A DNA stretch of 64,000 nucleotides from NCBI GenBank assembly GCA_004377185.1, contig SOIM01000036.1, forward strand, positions 11,890-75,889, in the 5' to 3' direction. Under the pieces are notes generated by a model. It saw only the letters and a program-made list of their open reading frames with translations. It was not told the origin of the DNA and searched no databases. Origin of the DNA: Methanomassiliicoccales archaeon. GTDB taxonomy: Archaea > Thermoplasmatota > Thermoplasmata > RBG-16-68-12 > SOIM01. Shown one piece after another: positions 56,037-64,000 of this stretch; positions within the stretch are counted from its first letter, which is position 1, and every line of letters starts with the position of its first letter. The translations under genes and the position numbers were made by a program.

Positions 56037-57248
56037 TCAGTCTTTCTTCTCAAAACCTCTCGAACATATCTCTTGGCAGATTTCACATTCACCGCCACAA
56101 GGCTCTACATGTACGCTTATCTCATGGTCAGGCAATCGTCTGGATATGCTCGAGCTGATGTCGTGAACCAGTTTGTGGGCGTCCTCCACGCTCGTGTGCT
56201 TGTCTATCAGAATGTGCATGTCGATCTTTCCGCCTTTGCCATGAGGTATGACTCTGATGTTGTGGGAGGACAGAACTTCCTTATATCCTGAGATAACTTC
56301 CTCGATCTGCTTCTCCAATTCCTTTACATCCTTGATCTCTTGCTTGGGTTCGATGTGCACGACGGACTCGACACTCATTCTGTCTTTCATCGCCGTTTCG
56401 ACCTCTGAAGCGATGTCATGCGCTTCACCGGCAGTCATGGACTCCTTCACCGTCACGTGCAAGGACATTGTCTTGTAGGTTCCATAATCATGGACCAACA
56501 CGTCATGAGCATCCTCGACACCCTCCACCTGTGAAGCCACTTCCCTCACGGCTCTCAGCACCTCCTCGGAAGGTGTTCTTCCGAGCAGTTCGTCCCCAGT
56601 TTCCTTTATGAGCCTAATTCCGGTATACATCACAAAGATCGCCACAACAATCCCGAGAACAGGATCGATTATTCTGAGTTGAGGATCAAGCGTTGACAAG
56701 TAAATCCCCACGGCTATTACCACCGAAATGATTGCGTCAAATCTATGATTCCAACCATCCGCTCTCAAGGCCTTACTGTCTATCCTATCTGCAACTGCAA
56801 AGGCAAATCTTGCCATGCTTTCTTTTACTAGGGCAAAAGCCAGAACAACGACCGCCACTGTGAGGCTTCCTCGTATCACTGGCTCTGTGAGACCCAAAGC
56901 GGAGGTAATCAATATCACCAGGCCCATTGCCACGACCAAAGTCGCGACTACGATCGAGAGGATGTTTTCCGCTCTTGCATGACCAAAGGGATGCTCCTTG
57001 TCGGCTTCCTTCTTGGCAAGTCTGAAACCGAACAGCAAGACAAAAGAAATGCCCAGGTCCGTCAGGTGATTCAATGAGTCACCGAACAGGGCCACGCTCG
57101 AGATAAGGAGGCCGATGAAAAGTTTGGCTATGAATAGGGAGGAGTTCCCGATTAAACCCACTGCGGATTCCAGATATCCGTATCGCGCCCTCACTTCAGG
57201 GTTGGAAGGGTCTCCATAGTCCGGAATCAATGACACGATTCCGTTCAA
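56037..57248 (-). CDS. Cation diffusion facilitator (CDF) metal efflux transporter with an extended C-terminal cytoplasmic domain.
   Basis: 6 TM with CDF motifs (ALFGDSLNHLTD, HxxxD) and a C-terminal dimerisation domain; 403 aa. Confidence 0.75.
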   Translation of the reverse strand: MNGIVSLIPDYGDPSNPEVRARYGYLESAVGLIGNSSLFIAKLFIGLLISSVALFGDSLNHLTDLGISFVLLFGFRLAKKEADKEHPFGHARAENILSIVVATLVVAMGLVILITSALGLTEPVIRGSLTVAVVVLAFALVKESMARFAFAVADRIDSKALRADGWNHRFDAIISVVIAVGIYLSTLDPQLRIIDPVLGIVVAIFVMYTGIRLIKETGDELLGRTPSEEVLRAVREVASQVEGVEDAHDVLVHDYGTYKTMSLHVTVKESMTAGEAHDIASEVETAMKDRMSVESVVHIEPKQEIKDVKELEKQIEEVISGYKEVLSSHNIRVIPHGKGGKIDMHILIDKHTSVEDAHKLVHDISSSISRRLPDHEISVHVEPCGGECEICQEICSRGFEKKD

Positions 57249-57351
57249 CAGCGGATTGGGATATAAGGATTATGTTGCCTGGCCAAGATTGTAATGGTCA
57301 TCGCCATCTCCTGCCAGAAAGAACAATATATCCCAAATTGAATCTTCCCTT

Positions 57352-58074
57352 GTGCATAAGGAAACCAAGGAACTCATAGAATCGGTAAAGGAGAACAAGA
57401 ATCCTGAGGACGCTCCTCACGTGAAGCGATACATGAAGACAGATTTTGAATGTCTGGGTGTCAGAAAGCCCCTTCTCCATTCTCTGGCCAAGGAGTTCTA
57501 TGATGCACACAAGAAGGACGGAAATCTAGTCGGTGTTCACAAGGTTGTAGAAGAGCTGTGGAGCGTGCCAATCTACGATGTGAAGACCCTGGCAATATCA
57601 ATTCTAAGGAGATTCGACAAGATGGTCGACAGGTCAACCTTGGATGTGGTTGAAGTGTGGTATGATGATATCGACAACTGGTCCCACTGCGATGGCCTAT
57701 CCGTCTATGTGCTCGGTTCCATCGTTCTGAGGGACGATTCAGTAATCTCTGGGATAATGAGCTGGACAAAATCCGACAATCCTTGGAGAAGGCGGGGTGC
57801 ATTGTTGTCCACAATGCTGGGCAACAGAAAAGGGAAGGGCGACCCTTTTTGGACATTTACGATGTTGAACGATGTTCTGGAGGACGAAGAGTACTACGTG
57901 AGAAAGACATTCAGCTGGGTGTTGAGGGAGATGGGGAAGGGATACCCCGATTTCGTGTTCGAGTATCTGATGTACAACAAGTCCAGATTCAGCAATACGG
58001 ACGTGAAAGAATCCGTGAAGTACCTTCCCGAGGAAAATGCCAAGACGGTCTTGGAAACGGATTTCACAAGTTGA
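57352..58074 (+). CDS. DNA alkylation repair enzyme (AlkD-like HEAT-repeat glycosylase family).
   Basis: KRYMKTDFECLGV and WSHCDGL motifs recalled for the DNA_alkylation family; 240 aa. Confidence 0.6.
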   Translation: MHKETKELIESVKENKNPEDAPHVKRYMKTDFECLGVRKPLLHSLAKEFYDAHKKDGNLVGVHKVVEELWSVPIYDVKTLAISILRRFDKMVDRSTLDVVEVWYDDIDNWSHCDGLSVYVLGSIVLRDDSVISGIMSWTKSDNPWRRRGALLSTMLGNRKGKGDPFWTFTMLNDVLEDEEYYVRKTFSWVLREMGKGYPDFVFEYLMYNKSRFSNTDVKESVKYLPEENAKTVLETDFTS

Positions 58075-58185
58075 AAAGGAAACAATTTTCCAAATGCTTT
58101 TATTCTGGAATGTAGTCTCCATAGTGAATGGGGGAGGTCCTTCATATTACTCTTCTCCGTTCAAGCAATTGAGAGTGCGATTGAC

Positions 58186-59571
58186 ATGATGGAAAGGTTG
58201 TCGAAATCAGTGGAGAAGACTCTGGAGATGGGTGCGCATTTCGCGGACGCAAGATTCGAGGACAGGAAGATTTCTACCATCTTCGTAGTGAACGATGAAC
58301 TGCGGGACTATCAGAACATGTCGATGAAAGGGGTCGGGATAAGGGCCCTCGTCGGTGGGTCATGGGGTCTGAGCTCTACGTCCAGATTGGATACTGATTC
58401 ATTGCTGGAAGCGGCCGAGAGGGCTGTGAGGATTGCCAAGCACAATGCCGGCAAAGTAGAGAAGAAAGTGTCTCTGGATTCCGCAAAATCAATGAAAAAG
58501 AGCCTTGCAGCAAGAGTGAAGAAAAATCCCTTGGATGTTGATTCGGAATCAAAACTGTCATTTGTCATGGACCTCACGAAGGCACAGAAGGTCGATGACA
58601 GGGTCGTGAACACAAACTCAAGGTACGGGGAGAAGATATACAACTTCCTGCTGGTCAACTCTTTCGGCAGTGAGCTGGAATGGGAGGAGATCAGGACCTT
58701 TGCATTTGCTCATTCGGTCGCGGCAGAGGGCGACAAGAGGGAATTCTCGTATGATGTCAAGGATGGTACTAAGGGGTTCGAACTCATCGAGGAGATCGAT
58801 CCGAATGCGATGGGGGAGAAGGTGGGCAATGAATCCATCGAACTTCTTGGTGCAAAGAGACCCCCGAACGGAATGATGACGGTGGTTGCAGATCCCGACA
58901 TTTCTGGTTTACTGGCACACGAGGTCATGGGCCACGCTTCCGAAGCGGACGAGGTGGTGAAGAAGAGGTCCTTTCTCACACCGATGGTTGGTAAGAGAGT
59001 CGCGACCGACCTAATCTCTATGGTGGACGACGGTACCTATCCAGGTGCGAATGGAATGATACCCTTCGACAGTGAGGGAACACCATCCGCTCACACATCG
59101 ATTATAGAGAAGGGTGTGTTTCGCGGATATATGCACAGTCTGGAGACCGCGGCAGAGATGGGAGTGGAACCCACCGGCAACGGAAGGGCGGAGGATTTCT
59201 CGCGGAGGGTATGGGTGAGAATGACCAACACTTACTTCAAGAAGGGGTCCGACAGCTTGGATGAGATGATCGAGGAGACCAAGGAAGGCGTACTGACCTC
59301 CAAGGCGATGAGGGGTATGGAAGACCCCGTGGGAGGCGGCTTCGAGGCCGTGGCGCTCAAGGGATACCTGATAAAGAATGGTGAGGTGACCGATCCGATT
59401 CCATCTTTCACGCTCACTGGAAGCGCGCTGGACATTCTCAACACCGTGGACTTGGTCAGCAAGGAGTTCGAACTGAGCGGTGGAACTTGCGGAAAGGGCG
59501 ATGAGGACTGGGTGAACGTATCCTCCGGAGGGCCATTTATACGCGCAAAGATCGTGGTGGGAGGTGCCTAG
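58186..59571 (+). CDS. tldD: TldD-family metalloprotease.
   Basis: HEVMGHASEAD (HExxxH) and Gly-rich C-terminal beta region; 461 aa. Confidence 0.8.
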   Translation: MMERLSKSVEKTLEMGAHFADARFEDRKISTIFVVNDELRDYQNMSMKGVGIRALVGGSWGLSSTSRLDTDSLLEAAERAVRIAKHNAGKVEKKVSLDSAKSMKKSLAARVKKNPLDVDSESKLSFVMDLTKAQKVDDRVVNTNSRYGEKIYNFLLVNSFGSELEWEEIRTFAFAHSVAAEGDKREFSYDVKDGTKGFELIEEIDPNAMGEKVGNESIELLGAKRPPNGMMTVVADPDISGLLAHEVMGHASEADEVVKKRSFLTPMVGKRVATDLISMVDDGTYPGANGMIPFDSEGTPSAHTSIIEKGVFRGYMHSLETAAEMGVEPTGNGRAEDFSRRVWVRMTNTYFKKGSDSLDEMIEETKEGVLTSKAMRGMEDPVGGGFEAVALKGYLIKNGEVTDPIPSFTLTGSALDILNTVDLVSKEFELSGGTCGKGDEDWVNVSSGGPFIRAKIVVGGA

Positions 59572-60963
59572 ATGATGGACCTGGGTTCTGTCAATGAGAG
59601 GGTAATCTCCAAAGCCACGAAGGAAGGGGTCTCAGCGGTCGAGAGCTTCTCGGTGAGCTGGCGCTCGAAGAGTGCCTACATAGAGGATTCACGCCCCAAC
59701 TTCGCCATCGAGGACGAGCAATCGGGGATGGGGGTGAAGGTCGCGCTGGGAAAGAAGGTGGGCTTCGCCTCCTCTTCGCTTCAGAAGGATGAAGATGCAT
59801 TGGCTGCATTGGATGCTGCGATTAAGATTGCCAAACTGTCTCCGGAAGACACACATTTCGAATCATTTCCCCCAATCAAGGAGGTCACTGGTTCTGTCGA
59901 GGGAGTGTATGACGGCACAATACCAGAATCCTCATCAGTCGACCTCATGGACAGGGCCATGATCGTGGTCGAGTCGGCAACTGCTACAAAGGACATGGAA
60001 GTCCCAAAGGGAATGATCAGGGCACAGGACTACGAATTCAGGATATCCAATTCAACGGGGTTGGAGAACGGACACAGAGGCACGCTCTTGTTTCTGTCCT
60101 TCTCTTCAAAGATTGCGGAGGGCGGAAAGAGCGGAGAAGGCATTGAGAAGGTATATTCCACACAACTTAAGGGGATAGATTTCGAGTCAATCGGTGAGAA
60201 GATTTCGAGCCGGGCCATCAACACCATCAACGCAACAGCTTTCAAAGGCAAACTCGAAGCGCCCGTAATAATCGCCAACTCCGAGCTGGGCCAGATGCTT
60301 CTTTCCAGTGTGGCATTTGCCGTGAGCGGGGAGCATGTGAACAAGAAGAGAAGTCCCTGGGCAGACAAGATCGGGAGCAAGATGTTCTCGGAATCATTGA
60401 ACATCAAAGACGATCCACTCCTCCCCGGAGGAATGCAGTCCGCCCCGATCGATGACGAGGGCACCCCTGCCGTTCGCAAGACCCTTGTCGAGAAAGGAGT
60501 CCTCAAGCAATTCATCTACGACCACTACAACGCCCAGATTGCCGAACAGGAGGGCGGGAACGGATTCAGAAGGGGTGTGGGAACGATAGAGAAGAGCCAC
60601 TTCATCCCCGCATCGTGTTCCGTATCCAATCTTACCATTCCACCAGGAAGCAAGGGCCTGGATGAAATGATCTCTGAACTGGACAAAGGTATCTACGTGG
60701 AGAAGTTCGCCGCTCCTGAGGTGAACCAGTTCTCAGGCGCCTTCGGTCTGGAAGTGAGGAACGCCGCTCTGATTGAGAAAGGTGAAATCAGGGAGTACGT
60801 GAAGTTCGCCCTGTTGACGGGAAACCTCTACGAAGGTCTGGGGAAGGTCCTCATGATCGGGAACGACAGTGCAATCGGGGGACCGTGGATGGTATCCAGC
60901 CCTGGGGCTGCTTATTGTCCTTCTGTTGCCTTCGATGGATTCCAGTTGGTAGGTCAGGAGTGA
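59572..60963 (+). CDS. pmbA: TldE/PmbA-family partner protein.
   Basis: PmbA_TldD fold without HExxxH. Starts immediately after the tldD stop. Confidence 0.75.
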   Translation: MMDLGSVNERVISKATKEGVSAVESFSVSWRSKSAYIEDSRPNFAIEDEQSGMGVKVALGKKVGFASSSLQKDEDALAALDAAIKIAKLSPEDTHFESFPPIKEVTGSVEGVYDGTIPESSSVDLMDRAMIVVESATATKDMEVPKGMIRAQDYEFRISNSTGLENGHRGTLLFLSFSSKIAEGGKSGEGIEKVYSTQLKGIDFESIGEKISSRAINTINATAFKGKLEAPVIIANSELGQMLLSSVAFAVSGEHVNKKRSPWADKIGSKMFSESLNIKDDPLLPGGMQSAPIDDEGTPAVRKTLVEKGVLKQFIYDHYNAQIAEQEGGNGFRRGVGTIEKSHFIPASCSVSNLTIPPGSKGLDEMISELDKGIYVEKFAAPEVNQFSGAFGLEVRNAALIEKGEIREYVKFALLTGNLYEGLGKVLMIGNDSAIGGPWMVSSPGAAYCPSVAFDGFQLVGQE

Positions 60964-61025
60964 TGCCTGGTCATTCAACAATCATAAATATCCATTGAGG
61001 CATACGATTCGCGAGGAGGAAGTGA

Positions 61026-61376
61026 ATGGACACTGCGAAACTCTATGAGGAGCTTGTGGACATCAAGAAGAGGTTGAAGAGGATCGAGGACATGACGGGG
61101 GTCACTCATTTCTGCGAGTTGAGGGATGAGGAGATCGAAAGAACAATCCTCGGACATCTGTCCGGTGCAGCTGAGGCTTCCGAGAGGACCATTTCACAGG
61201 AGACTGGTGTCGATCTTGCCGACCTCACGTGCTATACCGCTTCTCTGCTCTATCGCGATCTGATTCTCGTCACTTCGGTCGAATCAGAAGTCCATGATGG
61301 CTTTGCGGTCAACCCGATAAGGAAACTTGGAATCACGAACAAAGGCAGGGAATATCTGGCTGAGATTTCCGGTTGA
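61026..61376 (+). CDS. Small putative winged-helix protein.
   Basis: 116 aa; helix-rich with ILGHLSGAAEASERTISQETGVDLADL. Confidence 0.3.
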   Translation: MDTAKLYEELVDIKKRLKRIEDMTGVTHFCELRDEEIERTILGHLSGAAEASERTISQETGVDLADLTCYTASLLYRDLILVTSVESEVHDGFAVNPIRKLGITNKGREYLAEISG

Positions 61377-61709
61377 ATTGGTACGATCACTCTTCTCAAA
61401 CCGGTGCTATCTGCAGATTCTTTCAAAGTACTTCTTGGTCATCGAAGGTTCTATACTGATTCTCATCGCTCCATGGATAAATGATCAAAATAACGACACT
61501 TTCGGGGGGACGGAACTCACAGTTTCCACTATCCTTATCTTCCGCAGATATATTCAGGTTCGGTGCTAGCATCCCGAGAAGAAAATATGGGAGGATGGTA
61601 AAACCCCTGATGCCAGTGGACCCCAAGAAGTGCAGATATTGCAAGCTCGGTTGGAACTGTCCGACCCACGGTGAGCGAAACAAGACCGATGATATCGTTT
61701 TGGAGGCAC

Positions 61710-62111
61710 CTAAGGACTCTCAATGACCTTCATGTGGACCCTTCTCCTTCTCGGTCCGTCAAACTCACAGAAGAATATGCCCTGCCATGTGCCCAGGACT
61801 ATGTCACCACCTTCCACGAAAAGGGAGAGGTCCGGTCCGAACATTACGGATTTGATGTGAGCTGCCGCGTTTCCTTCCGCGTGTGCATATCCATCCTCGA
61901 AGGGCACGATCTTGTTCGTTTCCATCACTATGTCCCTCTTCACGCTCGGGTCAGCATTCTCGTTTATTGCAATCCCAGCTGTCGTGTGAGGTACAAACAG
62001 AAAGCAGATGCCCTCATTGACCTTCGACTTGCGAACCTCCATCCGGACCTTGTCGGTTATGTCCACCAATTCAACCCTGGATCCGGTCTTCACATCCAAA
62101 GTGGTCTTCAT
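61710..62111 (-). CDS. YjbQ/UPF0047-family protein (secondary thiamine-phosphate synthase-like).
   Basis: HTTAGIAINE...DP and GNAAAHIKS signature segments; 133 aa. Confidence 0.7.
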   Translation of the reverse strand: MKTTLDVKTGSRVELVDITDKVRMEVRKSKVNEGICFLFVPHTTAGIAINENADPSVKRDIVMETNKIVPFEDGYAHAEGNAAAHIKSVMFGPDLSLFVEGGDIVLGTWQGIFFCEFDGPRRRRVHMKVIESP

Positions 62112-62182
62112 ACAACCCCTCGAGGGTTAATCTGAACCGTTCTAAATAACTTCTTTCGGAGTTCTCGTTCTTTTGTCCTAAA

Positions 62183-63526
62183 ATGAAATCCCATTCTCAC
62201 TATGCTTTTATACCGAAATCTGTTCAATGGCTCTCAATGGGTCCCGACAAATCCCCGGTCTCGGAGGAAGAACGAAAGTCGCATCGGCCTCTCTATGCAA
62301 ACCAAACGGTGAGCAGTCTCAGCAACGGACTTGCCATGCCCTTCATCCCGTTCTACGTTGCGAGGCTGGGTGCCACCACAACAGAGCTCGGGTGGCTCCA
62401 GGCCTTTCGTAATCTGTTCCCAAATGTCATGCAGTTGCCGTGGGGTTCCCTTAGTGACCGCCTGAAAGCGAGAATCCCGTTCCTCATCCTGGGAGGTTGG
62501 ATATCTTCGGTTCTGTTCCTCTTCATAGCTTTTTCTGTTTCACCATTCATCCTCATCCTCTTGGTCGCTGTCCAATCCTTCGCCATTTCCATGATGATTC
62601 CCACATGGTCCGCATTGCTGGGGGAGATGGTGAGCAAGGGTCACAGAGGGTACGTCTTCTCAAGAATTGTGATGGTGAGCGTGGCCGCGGCCCTGATTGG
62701 AAACGTGCTGGCTGGTATCTTGATCATACTGGCTGCTCCTGAGGCCCCCGAAGCCACCTGGGTGTACCAGTATCCATTCATTGCTGCGATGGTCCTGGGC
62801 ATTCTGGCGACGGTCTTTCTCTTCCGCGTGCCGGCCAAGAGACCCAAGAAAGAAGAAGAGGAGAAGGTCACCGAGGAAGAGGAATGGGAAAGGAGGAGAG
62901 ACTTCCGCCATCTTATCACCTTCCAGCTCTTCTATATGTTCTTCATGTCAATGCTCTGGCCATTGATGCCTCGGACCACGGTGGATATCGTACACGCGGA
63001 CAATCTGGAAATAGTACTGCTCACCGTGATAGGTTCGGTGAGCGTGCTTGCCGTGCAGACCCGGATCGGCAGACTGCAGGACAGGGTCGGGCCAGGGGTC
63101 CTCATCAAGCTGAGCAGGTTCATGCTCGTGCCGGTGCCTCTCATATATGCCTTTGCCAGTGAAATGTGGCATCTGTACGTGTTGAACATATTCGCCGGTG
63201 CCGCCATCGCAATAATATACATCTCGTTCACCACTTACTTACTGGACGTGGCCCCAGCTTCCAAGACCGCTAGGTATTTTGCCATCTTCAACGCAGCAGT
63301 GGGGATCGTAACCTTTGTTGGCTCGGTATCAGCCGGCTTCTTGGCAGATCATTTCACATCAATATACAATCTGTGGACTGGTCTCTTCATCGTCTACATG
63401 GTTTCAACTGTTGGGAGGCTCATCGGATCGGTGTTATTCCTGAAACTCAAGCCATCTAAGAGATATCCCGAGACCATGACCGACGTTCTTCCCCGAATCT
63501 CAAAACTCCTCCATCTCTCACGGTAG
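62183..63526 (+). CDS. MFS transporter.
   Basis: 12 TM with a central charged loop (KRPKKEEEEKVTEEEEWERRRD). Confidence 0.6.
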   Translation: MKSHSHYAFIPKSVQWLSMGPDKSPVSEEERKSHRPLYANQTVSSLSNGLAMPFIPFYVARLGATTTELGWLQAFRNLFPNVMQLPWGSLSDRLKARIPFLILGGWISSVLFLFIAFSVSPFILILLVAVQSFAISMMIPTWSALLGEMVSKGHRGYVFSRIVMVSVAAALIGNVLAGILIILAAPEAPEATWVYQYPFIAAMVLGILATVFLFRVPAKRPKKEEEEKVTEEEEWERRRDFRHLITFQLFYMFFMSMLWPLMPRTTVDIVHADNLEIVLLTVIGSVSVLAVQTRIGRLQDRVGPGVLIKLSRFMLVPVPLIYAFASEMWHLYVLNIFAGAAIAIIYISFTTYLLDVAPASKTARYFAIFNAAVGIVTFVGSVSAGFLADHFTSIYNLWTGLFIVYMVSTVGRLIGSVLFLKLKPSKRYPETMTDVLPRISKLLHLSR

Positions 63527-63641
63527 CACCATGCCGTGGCATCACTCTTCGTACTCCTGGATGGGATATTATCATTCCTGATAAGGAAAAGGAAACCATT
63601 ATTGACATGTGAATCGGCTGGAATAGGTGCGAGGAATGCGA

Positions 63642-64000
63642 ATGTCTCCCCTCCGAAAAGAGAAAATCAAGATGAAAGTCTGTATGGTCGGTGACAATTC
63701 TGTGGGTAAGACAAGCCTCATCAGAAGATACGTTTTCGACGATTTTGAAGATAAGTATATCGCTACCCTCGGGGCAAAAGTCACCAAGAAGTTGTCCATC
63801 GTCAAGTTCCCTGAGCTCGGGGTCGAATATGACGTTGCAATGATAATCTACGACATCATGGGTGCAAGGGAGTTCCGAACCCTTCTGAGGGAAGCTTATT
63901 TCTTCGGGGCCCAGGGACTGATCGCGGTTTGCGATCTGACATCGGGGGAGACGTTCGAAGGCCTGGAGGAATGGATCGAGAGCGCGTATGGTGTGACGGG
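63642..64000 (+). CDS. Small Ras-superfamily GTPase, partial: runs off the window end.
   Basis: G1 MVGDNSVGKTSL, switch-I T (YIATLGAKV), G3 DIMGAREF (DxxG with Q replaced by A). Confidence 0.55.
   Translation, partial: MSPLRKEKIKMKVCMVGDNSVGKTSLIRRYVFDDFEDKYIATLGAKVTKKLSIVKFPELGVEYDVAMIIYDIMGAREFRTLLREAYFFGAQGLIAVCDLTSGETFEGLEEWIESAYGVT

Noticed and set aside
61481-61726. 81-aa ORF with CxxC...C..H near its C-terminus (possible mini zinc finger).
   Set aside because: The N-terminal two-thirds look non-proteinaceous. Only a ~38-aa C-terminal peptide (MPVDPKKCRYCKLGWNCPTHG...) is plausible and is too short to support without expression data.
1-64000. CRISPR arrays, cas genes, restriction-modification, transposases.
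   Set aside because: Scanning intergenic regions shows no short regularly spaced direct repeats. No Cas, methyltransferase or transposase signatures appear in any ORF.

Overview
This 64 kb window looks like an archaeal chromosome segment with roughly 50% GC, and I call it euryarchaeal-type. The evidence is RtcB, Nop5, aIF-5A, an aIF-2B/MtnA-like isomerase, two-subunit 2-oxoacid:ferredoxin oxidoreductase, rubrerythrin, Csa3-like regulators, archaeal-style TATA boxes, and one tRNA-Val(CAC). Coding density is high.

Three themes stand out:
1. Surface-protein island. The window starts inside a giant minus-strand gene (<1..4490, absent from the ORF track because it runs off the edge) that encodes about 97-aa tandem beta-sandwich repeats ending in PKD domains. 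Between 14.4 and 28.2 kb sit five further very large exported proteins with PKD, right-handed beta-helix, Ca-binding TSP3-like and DUF11/CARDB-like repeats. One has a single TM helix followed by a cytoplasmic DUF835-like domain. Another has a single TM helix followed by two cytoplasmic winged-helix DNA-binding domains, which would make it a membrane-anchored one-component regulator.
2. CARF/PIN locus (35647..38520). This is a compact, translationally coupled four-gene locus: two paralogous Csa3-like CARF+wHTH proteins, a stand-alone CARF protein whose conserved first strand lies upstream of the first ATG, and a PIN-like putative nuclease. A perfect 13-nt palindrome sits over the predicted transcription start site. 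No cas genes, Cas10/cyclase or CRISPR array is present in the window. I rate this an orphan CARF-sensor/nuclease module and the most novel system here.
3. Housekeeping and transport. The remaining genes encode translation, RNA and repair functions (Nnr, RtcB, agmatinase, aIF-5A, Nop5, MtnA-like isomerase, AlkD-like repair protein), ABC-2, MFS, CaCA, MscS, EamA, GDT1, ZIP and CDF transporters, peroxiredoxin, an Isf flavoprotein, a DUF3795 protein, a TldD/TldE pair, YjbQ, and a small Ras-like GTPase truncated at the window end.

I saw no integrase, transposase, restriction-modification system or CRISPR array. All calls come from reading the sequence and translations and from remembered family signatures. 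Nothing was computed against a database.
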